The position numbers and the translations under genes were made by a program. From the human T2T-CHM13v2.0 reference genome, Homo sapiens, in assembly GCF_009914755.1 (NCBI RefSeq), contig NC_060928.1: a stretch of DNA of 64,000 nucleotides. One strand, given 5' to 3'. Below, in pieces: positions 26,170 through 38,013 of the stretch. The notes below the pieces were generated by a model. The model made no database searches. It worked only from the letters and a program-made list of their open reading frames with translations, and was not told the origin of the DNA. Positions within the stretch are counted from its first letter, which is position 1. Each line of letters starts with the position of its first letter.

Positions 26170-27434
26170 TAAGTTGGTACAAAAGTAATTGTGGTTTTTG
26201 CATTATTGAAATTTGCCATTTGACACTGGAATACATTCTTAAGTAAATGTGGCTATGTTATACATCATTCTAATGCATATTTCTCATTTTTTTTTGCTAA
26301 TGACTTATTACTTGCTGTTTATTTTATATTTATTTTAGACTATGGAAATAATGTTAGACAAAAAGCAAATTCAAACGATTTTCTTATTCAAATTCAAAAT
26401 GGGTCATAAAATAGCAGAGACAACTCGCAACATCAAAAATGCATTTGGCCCAGGAACTGCTAATGAAGAAATGTACAGTGCAGTGGTGGTTCAAGAAGTT
26501 TTGCAAAGCAGAAGAGAGCCTTGAAGATGAGGAGCATAGTGGCCAGCCATCAGAAGTTGACAACAACCAACTGAGAGCACTCATGGAAGCTGATCCTCTT
26601 ACAAACACATGAGAAGTTGCCCAAGAACTCAACGTCAACCATTCTATGGTTGTTCATCATTGAAGCAGATGGAAAGGCAAAGAAGCTCGATAAATGGGTG
26701 CCTCACGAGCTCAGCAAACATAAAATAAAACCATCATTTTGAAGTATCATCTCTTAGTCTACACAACAATAACGAACCATTTCTCCATCGGATTGTGCAA
26801 TGAAAAGTGAATTTTGTATGACAACTGGTGATGACCAGCTCAGTGATTGGATCAAGAAAGAAGCTCCAAAGTCCCAAAGCCAAACTTGTACCAAAAAAGG
26901 TCATGGTCACTGGGATCTGCTGCCGGTTATGATCCTCTACAGCTTTCTGAATCCCAGTGAAACCATTACATCTGAGAAGCATGCTCAGCAAATCGATGAG
27001 ATGCACTGAAAACCGCAATGCCTGCAGCCGGCATTGGTCAACAGAAAGGGCCCAATTCACCACGACAATGCTTGACGGCACATCACACAACCAATGCTTC
27101 AAAAGTTGAATGAATTGGGCTACAAAGTTTTGCCTCATCCACCATATTCACTTGATCTCTCGCCAACCAGCTACCACTTCTTCAAGCATCTCAACAACTT
27201 TTTGCAGGGATAATGCTTCCACAACCAGCAGGATGCAAAAAATGCTTTCCAAGAGTTTGTCGAATCCCAAAGCTCGAATTTTTATACTGCAGGAATAAAC
27301 AAACTTATTTCTTGTTGGCAAAAATCTGTTGATTGTAATGGTTCCTATTTTGAGTAATAAAGATGTGTTTGAGCCCAGTTATAACGATTTAAAATTCACG
27401 GTCCAAAACTGCAATTACTTTTGCACCAACCTTA
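26170..27434 (+). mobile_element. Full-length Hsmar1 mariner DNA transposon (inactive)
   Basis: About 1.27 kb; ~30-bp TIRs TAAGTTGGTACAAAAGTAATTGTGGTTTT / AAAACTGCAATTACTTTTGCACCAACCTTA; internal transposase remnant. Confidence 0.96.
26342..27357 (+). pseudogene. Hsmar1 transposase pseudogene (family that donated the SETMAR transposase domain)
   Basis: MEIMLDKKQIQTIFLFKFKMGHKIAETTRNIKNAFGPGTANE start, WVPHEL (TGGGTGCCTCACGAGCTC near 26695), HDNA and YSLDL motifs; many frameshifts and stops. Confidence 0.95.
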
Positions 27435-27559
27435 GATAGTGACTCCATAACATAACAATAGACAGTTCAGTCATCAAGAGTAGGTCAAACTGGTTATTCA
27501 AAAAACAAACTCACTTAAGTATTTTTCCATTTTTCAGCTGGCACTTTTATAAGTACAAT

Positions 27560-27662
27560 CATAGAATAATAATAAAATAATAATTACATAATAATTATAA
27601 TTAATTAAATAATAATTAAATTAAATTAAAATTATAATTAATTAAATAGTAATAAATAAAAG
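27560..27662. repeat. AT-rich low-complexity tract
   Basis: Almost pure A/T; AATTATAATTAATTAAATA occurs twice. Confidence 0.85.
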
Positions 27663-28659
27663 CCTGTAATTCTTTTAGATCATCTAACAGCTTATGTGAT
27701 TTGAGAATAGCAATGATTTGTACTGATTCCCCAAAATTCACAAACTCATCATCAGAAGGGGGAGAAGTTGGGTGAAAGGGAGGTACTGACTTGTTTCGAG
27801 AATCATGTGATGAATAGCTCCTTTGCTTCCAGGATTACTCTTCTGTCACTGGATGAGATGTCTGCAATGGAATTTGCTGACAAAGGACAACTTTGCTTTT
27901 ATGTGCCTTTGCTTATGGGATGGTTAATAATCTGTGCCTGCCTCCTCATTCAGCCGTTACAAGACTGCTCAGGGGACTCTGAAACAGAAGGCCTCTGTGC
28001 TCCCCTCTGTTTAATTATAGTCTGCATTCCCAGAGAAATGAAGTGAGCCTTCTGACTTAGAACAACCTTGTGACCACAGCCTTGACCCTTTGTCCTACGT
28101 GGTGCCACTTCTCCGTTAATCATATTGTGCTTACTCAGCTGTCTGGGGTACAGGTGTTCTTAGCTTAGCTGCATACATAGAGTTGAATTAGAGATGGTCA
28201 GCTTAGCTACAGACTCCCCTTCAGTTCACAAGCTTGCTTTTTCAGTTCTAATGTCCAAGATAACTGCATCCTCCACCTCTTAAACCTACTCATTCTCTGA
28301 CGCCCCCAGCCTCTTGAGATTGAGTTTAATAACGATGACAACTATTGTCAAAACACCTACTGTGGGCTAGATATGTCCATCACAACTGTTATACCTTTTT
28401 GACAGCTTCCTATGTGCCAGCCATTATTCTAGACACTTTACATATATTATCTCCTTTGATTTTCCCAACAACTCTATGTGTAGATACTATGATTAGTTCC
28501 ATATTAAAGATGATAAAACCAGAGACCAGGGAGGTTTAGTAACTTTCCCAAGGTAACATGCCTATTAAGCATTAAATGGGAACTTACATAGTCTGGTTTC
28601 AAAAGCTGTACTCTGGACTGCTACCCTATACTTTTTCTGCTTTAGAAGCACTATCTCTA

Positions 28660-29710
28660 ATTATTCTTCATTCATTCAACAAATATGTCTTGAGCATCTA
28701 CTATGAGCCAGAACAAATCCTTGGTGCTAGAATACAAATGATCAGAATAGAAAGAAATCCTTGTCTACATGGAGCTTCTGTTCTAGTTGTAGAAATAGAA
28801 AATAGCAAGCATAAGTAAGTAAAATATATTGTATGTTAGAGTCTTAGTCTGTTCAGGCTGCTATAACAAAATATCATAGACCAAATGGCTTGTAAACAAC
28901 AGAAATGTATTCCTCATGGTTAAAGAGGCTGGGAGTTTCAAGATCAAGGTGCCAGCAGATTTGTTGTGTGGTGAGAGCCAGCTTTCTGGTTCGCAAATGG
29001 TGTTTTCTTGCTGTGTTGTCACATGATGGAAGGGCCGAGGCTTCTCTCTGGGGTTTCTTGTGTAAGGACACTAATCCCATCCATGAGGGCTCATTACATA
29101 ATCACCTCCCAGAGGCCCCACCTCCTAATGCCATTACATTAGGGGTTAGGGTTTCAACATATGAATTGTGGGGAGGACACACTAGGTTCATTGCAGTTAA
29201 CTAGTGATAACTGCTAAGAGGAAAAACCAATGCAGAGAAGGTATCTGGGAGAAGGAAAGGTTGAACTTTTTGGCAGAATACGAAAGACAGATCCTAACTA
29301 AGAGGGTGATATTTGAGTACAGAAAACCAAACAGAGACCTGGAGAAGAGCACTCCCGGCAGACAGTAGAGTCAGTGCCAAGGTCCTGAAGTAGAAGCGTG
29401 CTTGGTGTTTTTGAAACATAGCAAGGAAACCTGTGGAGCTGGTCTGTGGTGAGTGAGGGGAGAGAAGCAGAATAAGAGGTCAGAGACCTAACAAGAGATC
29501 AGATCTGGTAGGACTATGGTAGTAAGGACTTGGGCTTTTACTCTAAGTGAGATGGAAGAGCCCCTCTGAATCTCACAGATTGATGCGATCTGACAGGCTG
29601 ATGGGCAGGAAATAGACTGGAGGGAGAGCAGCAGTGAAGGCAGGGAGAGCATTCAGGAGCTTTGCATTAATCCAGTGAGGGCTGACGGTGGCTTGGGCCA
29701 CAGTATATAA
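28660..29710 (-). mobile_element. L2 fragment interrupted by an MLT1 LTR
   Basis: CATTCATTCAACAAATATGTCTTGAGCATCTACTATG tail; GTAAGGACTTGGGCTTTTACTCTAAGTGAGATGG. Confidence 0.75.
28838..29196 (-). mobile_element. MLT1A-type MaLR solo LTR
   Basis: GTCTTAGTCTGTTCAGGCTGCTATAACAAAATA...CAAGATCAAGGTGCCAGCAGATT...GGTTTCAACATATGAATT. Confidence 0.88.
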
Positions 29711-29777
29711 GATAGTCATCGTTATTATTTTCAGAGGTGTTCTTATTTCAGTTTTACAGGTTAAGAAACTGAGACTC

Positions 29778-30120
<343 letters not shown>

Positions 30121-31440
30121 CTAGCCAGTGAGAGCAGCATGGGGAGTCCAATTCTGATTTTCCTGAGTCCATGTTTTTTTCTCTGCTGCACCAAGAATCT
30201 TTGAAGTACAGTCCTCAGTTCGAAGTCAAAACTAAATTCTCTCTGGGATGCTGAGGATAAAGATCCCTTGAATTTTGATGAATGATGTCTCCCAATTCAT
30301 TGACCTATTTATTAATTCATCCATCAACTCACACCTCTAGGGAGAGTTGCTATTGAATGTTTCCTGCATCAACTCAGGACTGGGATGGGAATTGGGAAAG
30401 GGCAGTGGATATATGGTGGTGGGATATGAGTAAGCCATGACAGAGGGAATTGGGAAGGCAGGAACTAGAACGTCAGAGAAGACATGACAATATCTTTATG
30501 CACATTTCCTAGATTTGGGGGCCTAAGTGTCCAACTTGCCCCCTCACCTCATGTCATCTCATCAAGCAACTTTGAATTAATACTTTCAAAATAAAAACAT
30601 GTCAATTTTTTTTCTCCTAATGATCAAAGGATTACCTGGGACTGGGCTCAGTATGGTGGATTGAGCCCATCTTCGTGCCTCCCACTCACCCCAGTGACAG
30701 ATGATGTCTCTAACTAGAAAATGAGAAGGGGTGCTGGTGTGTTCTGTAGACCGGAAGTGGTGAGAAAGTCCTAAAAGATGGGAAACAAATAAGGGAGAAC
30801 TACAGTCCCAAACTTGCTGCCAAAGATGGGAGTGGCTTTAGCGGGGTCTTAGAAGGAGGGAATACATGGAGCAGGACGGAGCTCTGTTGACATGGTCAGA
30901 GGAAGAACTGGGTACCAGAGTGGGAGCAGCTAGGTGCTGTGCCAAGCAGGGGCCAGGACAGGCACCTCCCCAGGAGGAGCTGTATGTGGAAGCCCCAGAG
31001 GCAGAGCAGATATCCTGGTGGCTGCCATGCCAGGAGAAACCGGGAGCCCAGAGGCCGACTCCTGAGAGAGTCTGGAAGCGCATTCTGCTTGTCTCTCACC
31101 ATCTCAGAAGACAGGTTGTGATAAAACCTGAGTTTTTTAAATAGGCTTTTTGGCACCATCTAATTTTTCTAATGTATGTGAAAGTATTACTTGGATAAAA
31201 ATCAAACTTAAATGTCTATAAATTTTATAAGTAGGGTTAACCACTAGAAAAGACATATGAAATAAAAGAAAGAAGGTTTTATTTACTGAGTAAAAGGATG
31301 TGAAGAGAAAATATGAGAAAGCATAGTAGAAAGAAGACAAAATATAATGGTCATAAAGTCCAAAAATATCAATAATCAATAATATTAAAAGACAAACACT
31401 TCTAGATTGGAACAATAAAATTTCACCATGAAATAACTCA

Positions 31441-31893
<453 letters not shown>

Positions 31894-31984
31894 TTATTTT
31901 GCAGTCTTCCCCCTTAGCAAATAGCAGATCTGACCTTCTCAATGAAGCCGTCTCTGACCACCATATCAAAATCACATACCTTTG

Positions 31985-32880
31985 CCCAGCCAGGTTGAGT
32001 GAATGAGTAGATGGGCAAGGACAATTCCAAGGTTTTTATTTTCACCTACTGGAAAGATAGAATCACCATTTACTGAGTGGGGCAGACTGTGGGAGAAGCA
32101 GATTTAGAGCAAGGAGAAGAATAGAGTCCAGCTTTGGACATACTAAGTTTGAGGTTCCTACTAAAAATCCAAATGGAGATGTGTAGGCAGCAGAGTATAG
32201 CACGTGAGGTTTGAGGACAGGTTTATGCTGAATATCGTTTTGTTTGTTTGTTTTTATTTTTGTCATTGTTGTTGTTTTTGAGACTGAGTCTCACTCTGTC
32301 ACCCAGACTGGATGCAGTGGCACAATCGTGGCTCACTGCAAACCTCTGCTTCCCAGGTTCAAGTGATTCTCCTGCCTCAGCTTCCTGTTTTGTTGGAACT
32401 ACAGGCACGCACCACCACACCTGGCTAATTTTTGCATTTTGTTCTTTAGTAGAGATGGGGGTCTTGCTATATTGGCCAGGCTGGTCTTGAACTCCTGACC
32501 TCAAGTGATCTGCCCGCTTCGGCCTCTCAAAGTGCTGGGAGTACAGGCATGAGCCACCGTGCTCGGCCACGCTGAATACATTTTAAAATCATCAGTCTAC
32601 ATGTGGAATTCAAAGCCATGAGAGAGTTGGGATCACCCAGCAAGAGAATGAGAGTAGAGAAAAGAACATTTCCTAGGATTGAACCTTGGAAAGAATAAAT
32701 GTGGGAAAGAATAAACGTGAGCTAGAATAAAGGAATCGAGTAATCGAAAAATGATAAATCTATCCTGTCCGGAAAGTAAAGAAAGTGTTCCAAGCAGGAA
32801 AGAGTGATGTATCATGCCAAATACTACCGATACATCGCCTACTCTGAGCAATGAGAGTTGGCCATTAGATTAGCCACACA
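31985..32880 (-). mobile_element. L2 fragment interrupted by an Alu
   Basis: TTTGGACATACTAAGTTTGAGG...AAATCCAAATGGAGATGT; AAAGCCATGAGA...GATCACC. Confidence 0.7.
32235..32568 (-). mobile_element. AluS
   Basis: Full dimer, TSD ATGCTGAATA / ACGCTGAATA. Confidence 0.93.
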
Positions 32881-33179
32881 GAGATCACTCAAATCCAACA
32901 GAGAATCAAAAGAAAATCTTCACACCATAATCAAGTAAAATGTATTGCAGAAAATCAAGAGTGCTTCAACATCAGAAAATCTATTAATGTAATTCCCTAC
33001 ATTCAGACTAAAGGAAAGAAGTCATATAATCATTTCAATATATTATTTCAAATTTTATCAAAATACATTTGATAAAATTTAACACTCATTCCTGATTTTA
33101 AAAACACTTAGGAAACTAGGTATTATTTAATTTCTTAAACTTGATGAGGGATATTGGTATGTTAGAGCATAATCTATAG

Positions 33180-33422
33180 AAGGGGTTGTCAAACCTTTTC
33201 TAATAGGGACAAATAGTAAATATTGTAGGCTTTGCAGGCTACTTGCTGTCTCTGTTGCATGTTCTCCTTCCTCCTGTTCCTCCACCTTCTCCTCCTTCTT
33301 TCTCCTTCTTTTTCACCGCTGCAATTTCTCTATGACCCTTTAAAAACATAACAGCTGTTCTAGCTCTCAGGTCATACAAAAACAGGTCACTGGCCAAGTG
33401 GCCTTTAATTTGTCAATCCTTA
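33180..33422. mobile_element. MER58-type hAT relic
   Basis: AGGGGTTGTCAAACCTTTTCT...ATAGTAAATATTGTAGGCTTTGCAGGC...TCATACAAAAACAGG. Confidence 0.7.
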
Positions 33423-34316
33423 ATCCACAGTAAGTAATATTCAAATGGTGTAGAATTATTTGTTACATACTATTCAAATGGCTTAGATGTATCTCAATTA
33501 AATTTAAGGCAAGGATTCCTACTATTGCTGCCATTACTGTTATGAAAGAAATTGTAGGTAATGTGTTAAGGCAGAAAGTAAAAAAGGAAACAATAATTAT
33601 ACGTATTGAAAAGAGTTACAGATCCAGCATTTATTCACCTCTATTCCTTGCTAATAAGAACCCAAATTTTGTCCATTTTTAGTTGTCATGTTGGATGTGC
33701 TATCTGGAGTTGCTGCAGTCATTTTGTAATTGTGAGAAGAAGTAGCCTAAGAAAAACTTATACATTGGAATTGGAAAGATGTAAAAACCTGGATCAGCAA
33801 TGACATCCTCGAGATGCTGTACTAACCAAGTCTGGAGCATTTGCCTCAGGGATGTACATTATGTACATTGTACATCTCTTTATTGTCTGAGTCTGTGACT
33901 ATTATTTATAGTCAAAAGCATTCTGATTGGATATTTTTATTTGTAGGCTTTATCATTGCCTATCTAAAAAAAATCCAGAGAATAAACTGACTCAATAGAA
34001 CTGCTAAAGTTGATGTATTCCAGAAAGTACTCTACCATGGTCAAGTTAGAAAAAATCAATAGCTCTCCTGTGCACACCAGTAACCAGTTAGAATCTATTA
34101 TAGGAAATAGTTTTGTCTTTAACACAAGTGCCTCAACTTGATTTAACATTTTAATAAGAAGCTTAGACAAATTCAAGTCCTTTTGCTTTTTAAATTTAAA
34201 TGTAACATAAATTTAAATGATACAAAACTTTTAAAATCTTAATAAAAATAAATTTAAAATGAAAATATCATAAGAAAATGTCTGATTGAATAAGAGAAAA
34301 ACCATAAACTACATTT

Positions 34317-34629
34317 CTTTCTTTCTTTATTTTTTTTGAGACAGAGTCTCGCTCTGTTGCCCAGGCTAGAGTGCAGTGGCGTGATCTCGGCTCACTGCAA
34401 CCTCCTCCTCACTGCAACCTCCTCCTCCTGGGTTCAAGCGATTCTCGTGCCTCAGTCACCCAAGTAGCTGGGATTATAGGTGTACGCCACCATGCCCAGC
34501 TAATTTTTGTATTTTTGGTAGAGTTGGGGTTTTGTCATGTTGGCCATGGTCTGGTCTCAAACTCTTGACCTCAAGTAATCTGCCCACCTCAGCCTCCCAA
34601 AGTTCAGGTAAGAGCCACCATCCCTGGCC
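34317..34629 (-). mobile_element. AluS with 17-bp internal tandem duplication
   Basis: CTCACTGCAACCTCCTC twice (34391-34424); TSD AACTACATTT. Confidence 0.92.
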
Positions 34630-36344
34630 CTGAACTACATTTTAAAAACTAACAATTAATGAATAAGAAACATTCATGTAAAAGTTTACTGAAAGATATA
34701 AAAGGAGATCTGAAGAAATAAAAAAGCCTACTAAATTCTGGGAAAAGGAATACTGTTGAAAATTGTCAACCCCCAATTAATAAACCATTCCAATATAATT
34801 TTTCATGGAAGTTAACTATCTCATTCTAAAATGAATCTGGAAAGGAAAAATGGATAAAAATAGACAAAGTTATTTTAAATGGAAAGGGAAGGCTTGCCCA
34901 GTGAGATATCAAAACTTAGTGTAATAATATCCAAAATAGTATGGTATTTTTGCAGGAATATGTAAACAGATGAAATAAAAACATGGTCACATACAAAAAT
35001 CGACCCAGGTAGATATAGAAATTTATTTTAACAGTGGCATTTAAACTCAATAGAAACATGATGTCAATTCAATTTTTATTGAATTTATTTTTATAGGGAT
35101 AATTAACTATCAATGTTTTTTACTTAACTTACAACCACTTACAAAAAATAAATTCCTGAAGGAATAACGACATAAATTTAAAGTCAAAATTATAAAAGTG
35201 ATAAAATATATCTGTTTTTCTGACATTAGGAGAGACAAGCCCTCTTAAAATATGACCAAATCAAAAGATTGAGGGGCAAGATGGCCAGCTAGATGCTGCC
35301 AGGAGGAACAGCTGCCACCAATGGACTGGGGCACCAGAAGGACTGGCAGGACCCCTAGCAGATCTTCAGAGGGAAGGCATTGAGAGCAGATGGAAGAAAG
35401 ATACAGAAGCGGGGCTGAAGAGGAAGGAAGCTGAGAACCATGTATGGGGCTACCGTGCATACCATGACTTGTTCCTGGTCCCAGTGACTCTGAGGGAATG
35501 GGTTAATTGAATAGGCAAGGAACAGCCCGCTCTTGCCACAGGCCTCTGGAATCCCAGCAGAAGGAAAGCCCATGACCACCACAGACACTTGAGCTGGCAA
35601 CGAGAGCTGCTTAGAGAAATGGTAGGGGCAGAACTCCAGCCAGTGCAGAGCCCAGAGGATTTGGTGCGGGAACATCTGTAGTGGAGCATGAGCAGGAATG
35701 CCTGTTCCCCTAGGCTCAACTTGCTCCCAAAGGAGAATTTATGAAGAACTGTCAGACATGAACTCTGCAGGGTGGACCTGCCCGAGAGGGAGCTGGTCTG
35801 ATCTGAGCATCCTTCAGTCTGCTGGCCTCTCCTGAGGCCCCAGCCTGGATGCACCTGCTTTCAGCGCAGCCCAGAGGGGAGGTACCTCCTGGGGCCTGCA
35901 TGACAGTGCCTGTGCTGGCAGACAGTGTCTGACCAGCAGAGAGCTCCAGCACAGCGGCCCACATGGACATGTGCCAGGCTGCCCATGCCCTCCCCCCACA
36001 AACTTTCAGCATCCCCTGTTTCAGCTGCTTTGCCTATATGCACTTGTCCTCAGCCACCCCCCACATCACTTTGCCAGCATGTGTGTGCATGGGTGGTCCT
36101 TGCTTCCCTTTTTCTGCCAACCTGTGGGTCTGCATGCCCCCTTACTCCCTGTCATGCAAGTGCTGCCAGCATGAGTGCACTCTCCCCCTGCCAGTGCCCC
36201 ATCCATGTGCTGACATTGCCACAGTGCAAAACTAGGCACAGAGAACAGCTGACCCATCCACCAGCACCCCACTCCTGTGCTAACACCACCACTGATGAGA
36301 ATGTATGCACAGACACTGGGTGAGCGCAACACCCCCATGCTGTG

Positions 36345-36440
36345 CTGCCACCACTGCAAATGCTGCGAATGCTGCAAATGCTGCAAACACTGCCACCACT
36401 GTGAATGCTGTGAATGCTGCCACCACTGCTGCAAATGCTC
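36345..36440. repeat. 9-bp (GCTGCAAAT-like) tandem array in the L1 5'UTR
   Basis: CTGCAAATGCTGCGAATGCTGCAAATGCTGCAAACACTGCC...GTGAATGCTGTGAATGCTGCC. Confidence 0.85.
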
Positions 36441-37697
36441 ACATGGAGGCTCTCACCCTGGCACCTGCTAGCACTCTGCCACAGGTGACTAGCACGCACC
36501 CTGCCATGCTGCCACTGCCACTGCCACTGGTATGGGCGAATGAGGATGGATTCTGCTGCCACCACCCTATAAAGAGCTTTGGCTGGCAGCACTCATGGGA
36601 GTGTTGTGACTAGCAGTGTGGGAGCACCTCAACCTCTCTGGTGCAGCCCATTCTCAAACATAAGGGGTCAGAGAACAATGAGAGGCTGATTCTACTCCCC
36701 CAGAGTTAGACCATGCAGTCCAGGGATATTGAGCTGAGCCTTGGCTCCCTAAAATCTTCAAGAAAGGAAACCTGTCAACTGAACCCACCTTATATCATAG
36801 TCAAACACCCAAATACAATAAAAGGAAAAAAAACCCAACCCATCTAAAGGACAGCAACTTTAAAGATTGAAGGAATATCAGCCCACAAAGATGAGAAAGA
36901 ATGAGCACAAAAACTCGGACAATTCGGGAAGGCAGAAAACCTTCTTTCCTCCAAACAACTGCACTAGTTCTCCAGCAAGTGTTCTAAACTGAGCTGAGAT
37001 GGCTGAAATGACAGAAATAGATTTCAGAATATGGATAGGAATGAAGATCATTGAGATTCAGGAAAACATTGAAACCCAATCCAAGGAAGCTAAGAATCAC
37101 AGTAAAATGATACAGGAGCTGACAGACAAAATAGCTGGTCTAGAAAACAGTGTAACTGACCTGATAGAGAAGAAAAAAGCACTACAAGAATTTTATAATG
37201 CCATCACAGGAGAATAGACCAAGCAGAGGAATCTCAGAGCTTGAAGACTGGATTTCTAAAATAAAACAGTCAGACAAGAATAAAGAAAAAAGAATAAAAA
37301 GGAAATAATGAAACCTCTGAGAAATATGAGATTATGTAAAGAGACCAAATCTGTGACTCATTGGCACCCTGAAAGATAGGGACAATAGAAACAACTTGGA
37401 AAACATATTTCAAGATACCATGCATGACAACTTCCCCAATCTAGCTAGAGAGGTCAAGATCCAAATTTAGGAAATGCAGAGACCCCCCTGATCTCAACTA
37501 CACAAAATACTTCACAAGAAGATCATCCCCAAGACACATAATCATCAGATTTTCCAAGGTCAAAATGAAAGACAATGAAAGGCAGCTAGAAAGAAAAGAC
37601 AGGTTACCTACAAAAGGAAGCCTGTAAAACTAACAGCAGACCTCTCAGCAAAAACCCTGCAAGCCAGAAGAGACTGGGGGCTTATAGTCAACATTCT

Positions 37698-37730
<33 letters not shown>

Positions 37731-38013
37731 AGACAGGGTCTCACTCTGTCACCCAGGCTGGAGTGCAGTGAGTGGTACAATCTCAGCTCTCTGCAACCTC
37801 TGCCTCCTGGGTTCAAGCAATTCTTCTGCCTCAGCCTCCAGAGTAAGTGAGACTACAGGTGCCCACCACCACGCCCAGCTAATTTTTGTATTTTTAGTAG
37901 AGACAAGGTTTCACCATATTGGCCAGGCTGGTCTCAAACTCCTGACCTTATGATCTGCCTGCCTTGGCCTCTGAAAGTGCTGGGATTACAGGCGTGAGCC
38001 ACTGTGCCTGGCC
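37698..38013 (-). mobile_element. AluS inserted in L1 ORF1
   Basis: Perfect 14-bp TSD ATAGTCAACATTCT (37684-37697, 38014-38027). Confidence 0.95.

Noticed and set aside
30640-31150. GC-richer stretch with CCGGAAGT and several overlapping ORFs
   Set aside because: No recognisable protein or splice structure; may be a decayed 5' region of the adjacent old L1. Cannot support a call.
36277-36471. Cys/His-rich ORF resembling a metallothionein (CCHHCKCCECCKCC)
   Set aside because: Produced by the 9-bp tandem array in an L1 5'UTR; all frames give repetitive peptides and there is no gene structure.
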